From a virus: a stretch of 64,000 nt of DNA. The notes beneath the pieces were generated by a model. It was given only the letters and a program-made list of their open reading frames with translations. It was not told where the DNA came from and did not search any database. Location: positions 18,604 through 82,603 of the IMG/VR virus record IMGVR_UViG_3300034283_001913; one strand, 5' to 3'. Positions within the stretch are counted from its first letter, which is position 1. Each line of letters opens with the position of its first letter. The position numbers were made by a program, and so were the translations under genes. Positions 1 to 7,097 of this stretch are shown here, in pieces.

Positions 1-291
1 ATCATCGATGGTAACCCATTGTCATCTTATAGCTTTATCATCTTCGATATCACTGATACCGGAAACGATAACATCTTCATGCTGAAGTTATCTTGGGATA
101 ACCAGTTGAAGTGGTGGTACCAGAACGGTACTATGGATTACATGGGCCGTACACAAGGATTTGCATCTACCGGTCAGTTTAACGGTTACCGCGTATACAT
201 GACTCAAACAATGCCAGCAATCTGGGTGAAAGACCCAACCAAGGTATTGAAGATCGTTATGCGTAACCCAATCACCGGCGGATCATTCTAA
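1..291 (+). CDS. Major capsid protein, C-terminal part (5'-truncated by window), crAss-like
   Basis: Frame is open from base 1 (IIDGNPLSSYSFIIFD...PAIWVKDPTKVLKIVMRNPITGGSF*). The ending resembles crAss-like MCP C-termini, and the gene sits directly upstream of the conserved crAss head/ring gene block. Confidence 0.75.
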   Translation: MIDGNPLSSYSFIIFDITDTGNDNIFMLKLSWDNQLKWWYQNGTMDYMGRTQGFASTGQFNGYRVYMTQTMPAIWVKDPTKVLKIVMRNPITGGSF

Positions 292-303
292 TGCTCCGCA
301 CTC

Positions 304-413
304 GCACTGGCAAGGGAGTACCCGTAAGTCTCCCTTGCAATCAGTGCCTTAGCTCAGATGGTGTTTTGCCGGCAAACAGTAGAAACACGAAAGGTTCGAT
401 CCTGATCTGAGCT
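304..413 (+). ncRNA. Candidate structured RNA: long hairpin plus tRNA-like three-way junction with T-loop
   Basis: Hairpin GCACTG-GCAAGGGAG/CTCCCTTGC-CAGTGC (304-347). Closing stem AGCTCAGAT/ATCTGAGCT (351-359/405-413) encloses GTGTTT/AAACAC (361-366/383-388) and AGG-TTCGAT-CCT (392-403). GC-rich compared with other intergenic regions. Confidence 0.45.
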
Positions 414-450
414 CTAACGTCAGTAATATAACCAACCAACAATCAACAAA

Positions 451-1467
451 ATGAGTAACTTTATCATGACAGAGCTCCCTACGCTTTCAGAGCAAGGGAA
501 TGTTTCAATTAAACCGTTCTTTGACCCTAATGTGGATAATCTAGGTTTGCAGAACTATGGCTTATCTCTTTTCGATGGAGTATTCCACGAAGAGCAACTT
601 GCTTGCATAGAGCAAAATGGTACAAAAAGGTATATCACCGGTTTGAATCCTTTTGCTCCAGAAGTAAAACTTCTTCCTCAAGAACTTCGTGAGGCTCGGA
701 TTAAAGAGATTAACAAAATAGTTTCACAGCTAGAGGCTGAGCTTAATGCTAATATTCTTGATCCTAACGATCCGGATTTTTGGAATAAGGTAAAGCTTCT
801 GCGTCCTGATAACTATGAGTTTTGGGAAAAGATCTCAATTCGCTGTGGTAATCAGCCGGTTCCTCTTGATCCGTCGAAAAATCCTTTTGATTTGATCAAG
901 TTATATGCTGTTGAAGCTGGAGGATTCTCAATTGTAGCAAAGAGCTACGAAGATGCGAGAAGTCGTCCGGTGTCACCAAAGTTCTACCTCGATAAATCTA
1001 TCAACACTATTGCTAGCAAAACAGAGATCAAAAAGCTTAAGAACAAAGCTCTTGTTGAACTTGAAGGTTTATTCCGTTCTAAACAGAATAAGCTTATGTA
1101 TGTAGCAAAAGTTGTAGACGGTAACAGTGTTCAATACAAGAAGTCTACACCTAATGATGTTATCTATGATAACATGGATAAGTTTATCAACGGTGAAGGT
1201 GTAGAAAGCAACATACGTCGTGCAGCTGAAACCTTTATTGATGCTGCCTCTTTAGATATCGAAACTCTTAAGCTTAAAGCTCTTGTGAAAGATTCAACTT
1301 TCTACAAGTTGATTTCACCTAAAGGTGACGGCATGATTTACCACTTAGCTACAAACAGTATTATGGGCCGTAATCCATCAGAGTGTTTGGAGTTTTTGAA
1401 GAATCCTTTAAATGATAAAATCCTCGAAGATCTTCTTAAGATTGTAGAGGCTAACTGGAAAAAATAA
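451..1467 (+). CDS. Conserved crAss-like protein downstream of MCP (gene-75-like), function unknown
   Basis: 338-aa ORF with an A/C-rich leader; product call is by synteny only. Confidence 0.55.
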   Translation: MSNFIMTELPTLSEQGNVSIKPFFDPNVDNLGLQNYGLSLFDGVFHEEQLACIEQNGTKRYITGLNPFAPEVKLLPQELREARIKEINKIVSQLEAELNANILDPNDPDFWNKVKLLRPDNYEFWEKISIRCGNQPVPLDPSKNPFDLIKLYAVEAGGFSIVAKSYEDARSRPVSPKFYLDKSINTIASKTEIKKLKNKALVELEGLFRSKQNKLMYVAKVVDGNSVQYKKSTPNDVIYDNMDKFINGEGVESNIRRAAETFIDAASLDIETLKLKALVKDSTFYKLISPKGDGMIYHLATNSIMGRNPSECLEFLKNPLNDKILEDLLKIVEANWKK

Positions 1468-1478
1468 AACATCATACC

Positions 1479-1664
1479 ATGGCTAAAAATCAAGCAGGCG
1501 TTGGAGGGGTAAAGAACCCTAACACCGTATTCACAGAAGTAGTGAAGAATCCTACCCGTTATAAGGGCGGCATGAACACTTGTCCTGAAGTTGTTAAAAA
1601 CCCTACTCGTTATACAGGCGGTCTGAATCAGGCAGCTTGTGACGTTCCTAAAAAAGGTAAGTAA
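1479..1664 (+). CDS. Small basic protein with internal 17-aa repeat
   Basis: 61 aa; EVVKNPTRY(K/T)GG twice, plus a partial third copy (GVKNP). Confidence 0.75.
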   Translation: MAKNQAGVGGVKNPNTVFTEVVKNPTRYKGGMNTCPEVVKNPTRYTGGLNQAACDVPKKGK

Positions 1665-1843
1665 TGGCAAAGAAATCTAGTAAACCCGGACCTAATAAGG
1701 TAAACATGAAGACTGTAGGTAAAACTACAGCTTTAGTTACAAACTATGGTAAGAACTACAAAGGACCTCAGCCTAATAAGTCTAGAACAGGAAAACCTGC
1801 TCCAGCTTTCAAAAAAGGCGGAACGCTTAAGAAAAAGAAATAA
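1664..1843 (+). CDS. Small Lys-rich protein (59 aa, absent from ORF track)
   Basis: TAATG coupling to the previous gene; MAKKSSKPGPNKVNMKTVGKTTALVTNYGKNYKGPQPNKSRTGKPAPAFKKGGTLKKKK*. Confidence 0.75.
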   Translation: MAKKSSKPGPNKVNMKTVGKTTALVTNYGKNYKGPQPNKSRTGKPAPAFKKGGTLKKKK

Positions 1844-1845
1844 CT

Positions 1846-1974
1846 GTGGCAAAACAACAAACTAAGGTATCTTCATCAAAAACAGTTTTTGGTAAGAGAA
1901 GAGTAGGTAAAGCTAAAAAGCGTAAATCGCCTAAGGATAAACTTACTAAACCTTATATTGGACAAGGAAAGTAA
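1846..1974 (+). CDS. Small Lys/Arg-rich protein (42 aa, GTG start, absent from ORF track)
   Basis: MAKQQTKVSSSKTVFGKRRVGKAKKRKSPKDKLTKPYIGQGK*; fills the gap between its neighbours almost exactly. Confidence 0.7.
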   Translation: MAKQQTKVSSSKTVFGKRRVGKAKKRKSPKDKLTKPYIGQGK

Positions 1975-1978
1975 AACT

Positions 1979-2131
1979 ATGGCAGCCAAAGATAAAAAGT
2001 GGATACAAAAAGCAGTGAATCCTAAACATAAGGGTTACTGCACCCCTATGTCTAAGCCGACATGTACACCAAAAAGAAAGGCTCTTGCCAGAACTTTTAA
2101 AGCAATGGCTAAAGCTAGAAAAGGAAAATAA
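1979..2131 (+). CDS. Small Lys-rich protein (50 aa, absent from ORF track)
   Basis: MAAKDKKWIQKAVNPKHKGYCTPMSKPTCTPKRKALARTFKAMAKARKGK*; tightly packed between neighbours. Confidence 0.75.
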   Translation: MAAKDKKWIQKAVNPKHKGYCTPMSKPTCTPKRKALARTFKAMAKARKGK

Positions 2132-2133
2132 CC

Positions 2134-2322
2134 ATGGCTAAAACTAAAAGCAAAGTAAACCAAGCAGGAGTCTATACCAAACCAGGTATGAGAAAATCTT
2201 TGTTCAACAAGATTAAAGCTGGTTCTAAAGGCGGAGATCCCGGCGAATGGTCTGCTCGTAAAGCTCAGTTACTTGCTAAAGAGTACAAGTCAAAAGGTGG
2301 AGGATACAAAACCAAGAAGTAA
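2134..2322 (+). CDS. Small basic protein, resembles N-terminal half of DUF5872-type proteins
   Basis: YTKP...KGGDPGEWSARKAQLLAKEYKSKGGGY motif; family name recalled, not searched. Confidence 0.7.
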   Translation: MAKTKSKVNQAGVYTKPGMRKSLFNKIKAGSKGGDPGEWSARKAQLLAKEYKSKGGGYKTKK

Positions 2323-2588
2323 TGGCAAAGAATCCTCAGCAAAGTCTTAGAGACTGGACAGATCAAAAGTGGATGACTTCTGGCACTTATGCTAATAAGA
2401 AGAAGGGATCATCTAAAGAAGTAAAGTCAAAGGGTAAGAAAAGATATCTTCCCGAATCAGCTTGGTCTTCTTTATCTGCCGGAGAAAAGGCTGCGACTAA
2501 TAAAGCAAAAGCTGAGGGTAATAGAAAAGGTAAACAGTTTGTTTCCCAACCAAAAAATATAAAGCAAAAAACTAAAAAACACAGATAA
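2322..2588 (+). CDS. Small basic protein, resembles C-terminal half of DUF5872-type proteins
   Basis: QQSLRDWTDQKW...RYLPESAWSSLS...KGKQFV motif; TAATG-coupled to the previous ORF. Confidence 0.7.
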   Translation: MAKNPQQSLRDWTDQKWMTSGTYANKKKGSSKEVKSKGKKRYLPESAWSSLSAGEKAATNKAKAEGNRKGKQFVSQPKNIKQKTKKHR

Positions 2589-2746
2589 TGGCAAAGAACG
2601 CAAAACAACAAGCGGCAATAGCGATGTCTATGAAAGCTGTAGGTAAGAAGCCTAAGATGGCTAAAGGTGGTGCAGCAGGCACTGCTCTTAAGAATGCCTT
2701 GATTAAGGCAGGTTATAAAAAAGGCGGATCTACTAAGAAAAAGTAA
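2588..2746 (+). CDS. Small Lys/Ala-rich protein (52 aa, absent from ORF track)
   Basis: MAKNAKQQAAIAMSMKAVGKKPKMAKGGAAGTALKNALIKAGYKKGGSTKKK*; TAATG overlaps at both ends. Confidence 0.75.
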   Translation: MAKNAKQQAAIAMSMKAVGKKPKMAKGGAAGTALKNALIKAGYKKGGSTKKK

Positions 2747-3000
2747 TGGCAAAGTCACCAGCTTGGCAGCGCAAAGAAGGCAAGTCTCCTAGTGGAGGAC
2801 TCAATGCTAAAGGTAGAGCTTCTTATAACAGAGCTAACCCTGGTAAACCTGGGCTTAAAGCTCCACAACCTGAAGGTGGTTCTAGAAAGAAATCTTTCTG
2901 TGCCCGAATGTCAGGTATGAAGAAGAAGCTTACTAGCAGTAAGACAGCTAATGATCCCAATAGCCGGATCAATAAAGCGCTGCGTAAATGGAAATGTTAA
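2746..3000 (+). CDS. Small basic phage protein, DUF6321-like
   Basis: AWQRKEGKSPSGGLNAKGRASY...RKKSFCARMSG...DPNSRINKALRKWKC, typical of aquatic phage proteins; family name recalled, not searched. Confidence 0.7.
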   Translation: MAKSPAWQRKEGKSPSGGLNAKGRASYNRANPGKPGLKAPQPEGGSRKKSFCARMSGMKKKLTSSKTANDPNSRINKALRKWKC

Positions 3001-3019
3001 CCTTTAAATACTATAAACA

Positions 3020-3256
3020 ATGAAAAAAGTAACACCAAAAGCAAAAACCGGAAAGATGGTAAACCCTAATCCTACAGCTAAAGCGTCTCCTATGAAAAGC
3101 GGAGGAAAGGTTATGGCTAAAACAGGAAGAACTATTACTAAAGATCAGCCTCTGAATGCTCAAAATTCAGGTATGGCTAAGTACGGTAAGTCTATGACTA
3201 AAGCTATGTACGGCAAGTCTATGATGAAAAAGGGTGGTGCCAAAAAAGGCAAGTAA
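3020..3256 (+). CDS. Small Lys/Met-rich protein with repeated A-K-x-G / K-x-G-G motifs
   Basis: 78 aa; AKTG twice, MKSGG, AKYG, AMYG, MKKGG. Confidence 0.7.
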   Translation: MKKVTPKAKTGKMVNPNPTAKASPMKSGGKVMAKTGRTITKDQPLNAQNSGMAKYGKSMTKAMYGKSMMKKGGAKKGK

Positions 3257-3264
3257 TCTAAGAG

Positions 3265-3969
3265 ATGGATAATAATACCATATATCTAAAGATTAAGCAA
3301 CGTCTTAACAAACTTGCTAGCAACGACTATGATAACATAGAGTGCTGGCAAGTTGTTGAGGCTTTTAATAAGGGCCAGGTAGAATGGTGCCGTAGAAACC
3401 TTCATGGCACAAATCTTAAGCAAGAAGGGGATGAGCAATCTAAACGCCGGATAGATGATTTGCAGAAGCTGCTTATTAGCGTTCCTGTAGTATTATCAGA
3501 TGCCCAGCTTTATTTCGAAACCCCCGATATTCCTGCTGATTATTTAGAGTGGAAAAGAATCTCGGCTTATGCCAAAAATGATTGTTGCCCTAAAGGCCGG
3601 CGGATGGTTATTTACCTCGCTGAAGAAGGCAACGTAGATGAATTACTCCGAGATAAAAACAAACAACCTAGTTTTGAGTGGGCAGAAACTTTCTGTACTA
3701 TTATCAACAACCGGGTGCGTATTTATACCAATAATAAATTTTCGGTAGAAGATGTAGAACTTTCATATTACCGTCAACCGGTAAGAATCCAAATAGCTAA
3801 CTGTGTGGACCCGTATACACAGCAAGTAAGCCTTGTCAATGTAGAATGTGAGTTTAAAGATGATCTTGTAGAGGTGCTCATTGATGAAGCGGTAAAAATC
3901 ATAGCGGGAGATATTGAGTCAATAAATCAGATGCAGCGTGCTTCGCAGTCTGTAGAACAGAATAACTAA
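3265..3969 (+). CDS. Tail ring / head-tail adaptor protein (crAss gene-74-like)
   Basis: 234 aa; N-terminal helices (K..LNKLASN...FNKGQ), YYRQP, and a C-terminal CEF...EVLIDEAV..IAG pattern like crAss ring proteins; synteny. Confidence 0.6.
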   Translation: MDNNTIYLKIKQRLNKLASNDYDNIECWQVVEAFNKGQVEWCRRNLHGTNLKQEGDEQSKRRIDDLQKLLISVPVVLSDAQLYFETPDIPADYLEWKRISAYAKNDCCPKGRRMVIYLAEEGNVDELLRDKNKQPSFEWAETFCTIINNRVRIYTNNKFSVEDVELSYYRQPVRIQIANCVDPYTQQVSLVNVECEFKDDLVEVLIDEAVKIIAGDIESINQMQRASQSVEQNN

Positions 3970-3971
3970 CA

Positions 3972-4562
3972 ATGGAAAAGCCCGGAAATATCCTAAAGCG
4001 TAGTCTAAAGACAGATAGTCCTGCCGCTCAACAGACTATACAAAAAAAACCTTCTGTTAAAAAACATAATCCTCTTATCAGTGATCACTGTATAGAGTAT
4101 TTGAATTACAGGATTGAACAAGAAGAATATTCTGGCAGAATATATCTTGCTATGTCTATGTGGTTGAATGATAATGGATATCTCAATGCGGCTAAGCTAT
4201 GGAAGAAGTATTCTGATGAAGAAATGCTTCATGCTAACGATGCTAGAGAATATCTTTTAGCTATGGGCGTACAGCCTCTGACTCCTAAGTTAGATGCTCC
4301 TAATCAGTCTTTTACAGGACTTCCTGATATTATCCAGAGATCTTATGAACATGAGATCGAGGTTACTACTCAGATTAAAGACTTATCGACAGAAGCTCTT
4401 AAAAAAGGTGATCATATGCTTTATCAGTTAGGTTTGGCTTACTTAAAAGAACAAGTAGAAGAGCATGGAAAGATGCAAGATCTCATGGATCAGATTGAAT
4501 CTTTTGGTACAGATAAGATAGCTATGCGTCTTTTTGACCACGAGCTGAAAGATTACCTCTAA
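3972..4562 (+). CDS. ftnA: Non-heme ferritin (FtnA-like) with basic N-terminal extension
   Basis: Ferroxidase-centre residues in order: LNYRIEQEEYS..IYLAMS, EEMLHA, YEHE, EQVEE; four-helix bundle spacing. Confidence 0.85.
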   Translation: MEKPGNILKRSLKTDSPAAQQTIQKKPSVKKHNPLISDHCIEYLNYRIEQEEYSGRIYLAMSMWLNDNGYLNAAKLWKKYSDEEMLHANDAREYLLAMGVQPLTPKLDAPNQSFTGLPDIIQRSYEHEIEVTTQIKDLSTEALKKGDHMLYQLGLAYLKEQVEEHGKMQDLMDQIESFGTDKIAMRLFDHELKDYL

Positions 4563-4578
4563 AAAATATTTATATTAG

Positions 4579-4612
4579 TTTGCAAAATCTGATATAAAAT
4601 CTTATATTATAG
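4579..4612 (+). promoter_or_regulatory. Putative promoter TTTG-N20-TATATTATAG
   Basis: TTTG at 4579-4582 and TATATTATAG at 4603-4612; identical boxes and spacing recur at 9183-9216; geometry matches Bacteroidota -33/-7 promoters. Confidence 0.6.
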
Positions 4613-4648
4613 TGTTAATATTGTTTATCAACCTAAAATCAAACAAAA

Positions 4649-6253
4649 ATGGCTTATTTTAACCACGCCTTTACCAAGATGTTCTTAGGAACTCAGGTAA
4701 CCGGATCAGGGGCCGGTCAAAACCCTAACACAAATCTTAGTGATGGTTTTATTATTACTTCTGGTATTCCAACCTCTGCGTTGGCTAATACTACAGGTAC
4801 AGTAAACAGTATCTATGGACCAGGGTCTTATGGATTCTTTGACGCAACTACTTATTTATCTGTTACAGAATCAGATATTACAGGATGTTGCCCATTGATT
4901 CTTGCGTCTGCTTCTCTTTTGTCTAAAGACAAAATCGGACCTTTCCACGGTGGATACAAAGAATCTAACAAGTCTAAGGTTATCAATCCTCGTTATGTAA
5001 CTAAAGCTTACGTAGTAGAGGAGTGTGCTCCTCAGCAGTCTATTACTTCTATTGGTAATACTGCTTACACTAGCACTTTGGTTACAGCTATGTCTGTAAC
5101 AATTACTGACGGCGGCACCGGATATACTCCAGGTACTTATACAAACGTTCCTTTTACCACATCAGGATCAGGTGTAGGTGTTTTGGCAACAGTTGTTGTT
5201 TCCGCTGGTGGAGTAATCACTAGTGTAGTAATTACTAACTTCGGTTACGGATATGTGTCAACAGACACAATTACTCCAAATGATACAGCTTATCCAGCTA
5301 TCGGTACTCCAACTGATGATGCAATTATTACTCTTACAGTAACAGGTGCTCCTGCAAACTGCTGCTATGAGTTCCTTTGCGGAGAAACTTACTACTTGCG
5401 TATCGATCTTAAAGGGTCTCCGGTTTTGCGTTATCTTAACCACAATGCTTATCAGACTCTTTCAGCTTACACTGGATGCTGCTCTGGTCCAACTCCAACT
5501 GCAGTAGATTCTACTTTGGTTATGATTGAGTGGGGTAAAGCATTAGTTATTAACCAGTATCTTACACCTTTTGTTCTTCCAGTTGTATTTGATGAATCAG
5601 GTGTAGCTTGGTTCCCTCCAGGAACTACTGTAGATCCTACAACAGGAGCTCCGGTAACTTCGGCTCAGTGGTGGGATGCTTATGTATCTCCAGGTCACAC
5701 TCCAGGTGAGTGCGCAGGTTTGCGTTTATTTGGTGCTTATGTAGAGACTAAGTTTGGTAACTGTTCTTTCCAGCTTACTGACTTCTTCGAAAAAGAGCCT
5801 GTGTTGATTTACGCTTCTCTTGTTGATTATAACGGAGATCCTTGCGTATTCGAAAGCATCTGCGTTTATCGCGAGTGTACAGGTCTTCAAGGAATGGGCT
5901 TTGGTGAGCAAGTTGTTCGTGATTTGATTCTTGCTGAATCTTATCTGCAGAACTTCTTCCACACTGATATCCGTATTCGTGAAATCACTCAAGGTGATCA
6001 GATTTTGAATAGTGTAAACCGTAACGCATTATATACTCGTTACTACCTCTTGCACAGTGTTCCTCGTCTGAACAATCCTACCGGTGTATTTGATAACGAT
6101 CAGTACATGTTGGAAATTATTTCTACAGGTCGTAACACTGATTTGGAAGACTTCTTGAATACTTGGTTAGAAGCTTGCGCAGGTTGTGTACCATTTGAAG
6201 TAAACTCTTGTGTACCTTGCGTAGTTGTTCCTAACTTCGAACCAGTAGGTTAA
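4649..6253 (+). CDS. Auxiliary capsid / major structural protein (crAss gene-73 / gp36-like)
   Basis: 534 aa, Thr/Gly/Cys-rich, CGETYYLRIDLKG motif, own putative promoter and terminator; synteny. Confidence 0.55.
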   Translation: MAYFNHAFTKMFLGTQVTGSGAGQNPNTNLSDGFIITSGIPTSALANTTGTVNSIYGPGSYGFFDATTYLSVTESDITGCCPLILASASLLSKDKIGPFHGGYKESNKSKVINPRYVTKAYVVEECAPQQSITSIGNTAYTSTLVTAMSVTITDGGTGYTPGTYTNVPFTTSGSGVGVLATVVVSAGGVITSVVITNFGYGYVSTDTITPNDTAYPAIGTPTDDAIITLTVTGAPANCCYEFLCGETYYLRIDLKGSPVLRYLNHNAYQTLSAYTGCCSGPTPTAVDSTLVMIEWGKALVINQYLTPFVLPVVFDESGVAWFPPGTTVDPTTGAPVTSAQWWDAYVSPGHTPGECAGLRLFGAYVETKFGNCSFQLTDFFEKEPVLIYASLVDYNGDPCVFESICVYRECTGLQGMGFGEQVVRDLILAESYLQNFFHTDIRIREITQGDQILNSVNRNALYTRYYLLHSVPRLNNPTGVFDNDQYMLEIISTGRNTDLEDFLNTWLEACAGCVPFEVNSCVPCVVVPNFEPVG

Positions 6254-6292
6254 TATTTTCTTGTAATCTGGGAGAGTGAACTCTCTCCGTAT

Positions 6293-6326
6293 ATAGGGGG
6301 AGAGTTCATCTCCCCCTATTTTTATT
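6293..6326 (+). terminator. Intrinsic terminator with an upstream competing antiterminator
   Basis: ATAGGGGGAGA-GTTCA-TCTCCCCCTAT followed by a T-run; 6277-6288 can alternatively pair with 6297-6308. Confidence 0.75.
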
Positions 6327-6332
6327 ATAGCT

Positions 6333-6884
6333 ATGGCCCAACACGTTCTTAGTCTAGAAGCTCCAGATACGATGAATAAAACTATTCTTCGTATTGTTGA
6401 TACAAGTGTTTATAATACCCAGATTCCTGTAACCTGCCCTTTATTGCAAGTAACGCTTCCTGGTTTTGATAGACCTGTAAATTTTGACAGTTCTTTTATA
6501 CAACCCGGTTTTATCTTAAATTTGACAGCTTGTGATTTAGAAATCCAGACGGCCGGTTGTGGTACAACCTATAATAATCTTGCAGATGGGATTTACATTA
6601 TTAAGTATAGCGTATCTCCTAATGACCAAGTTTATGTAGAGTATAACCATCTTCGTATGACTACAGCGTTGTGGAAGTATTACAACTTGATGTGTGATCT
6701 AGACTTGGGCGCTTGCGATCCTCCGGAAAAAGTAAAGGACAAGCTTAATAAGCTTCGTCTTATCCGGATGTATTTGGATGCTGCAAAATCTCTTGTAGAG
6801 TTTTGCCATCAGCCTGATAAAGGAATGCAGATCTTTAATTACGCCGTGCGTCAGCTGGACAAAATGGATTGCAAGTCTTGTTAG
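6333..6884 (+). CDS. Putative tail hub protein
   Basis: 183 aa; beta-rich N-terminus (DGIYIIKYSV) and helical C-terminus ending in CKSC; synteny with crAss hub genes. Confidence 0.45.
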   Translation: MAQHVLSLEAPDTMNKTILRIVDTSVYNTQIPVTCPLLQVTLPGFDRPVNFDSSFIQPGFILNLTACDLEIQTAGCGTTYNNLADGIYIIKYSVSPNDQVYVEYNHLRMTTALWKYYNLMCDLDLGACDPPEKVKDKLNKLRLIRMYLDAAKSLVEFCHQPDKGMQIFNYAVRQLDKMDCKSC

Positions 6885-6908
6885 TGTAACCAACAAAACC
6901 TATATACC

Positions 6909-7097
6909 ATGACTTGTTCAAATTGCGGTGCTAAATTATCTTGTGGCTGTCAAAAAAGAGTAGCTTCTAATGGAGCTAATGTGTGTTCTACTTGTCAAAT
7001 TTCTTATGAAGCTATGCTTAAAACACCGTCAGCCCCATCTAGTCCAAATGCTCCTTCCAATATAAATATCAAGTATAATCCTCCTGGTAGACGTTAA
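6909..7097 (+). CDS. Small Cys-rich (Zn-finger/metallothionein-like) protein
   Basis: CSNC...SCGC...CSTC in 62 aa. Confidence 0.65.
   Translation: MTCSNCGAKLSCGCQKRVASNGANVCSTCQISYEAMLKTPSAPSSPNAPSNINIKYNPPGRR

Noticed and set aside
19-291. 90-aa standalone ORF starting at TTG 19
   Set aside because: Frame is open from base 1; this is the truncated end of the capsid gene.
351-413. Hammerhead ribozyme (three-way junction with GAAA)
   Set aside because: The required CUGANGA core is absent (CAGATGG, and it is paired in the closing stem).
343-417. Canonical tRNA gene
   Set aside because: Has TAGCTCAG..TGGT and GGTTCGATCC, but no D-stem partner, anticodon arm or CCA; kept only as tRNA-like.
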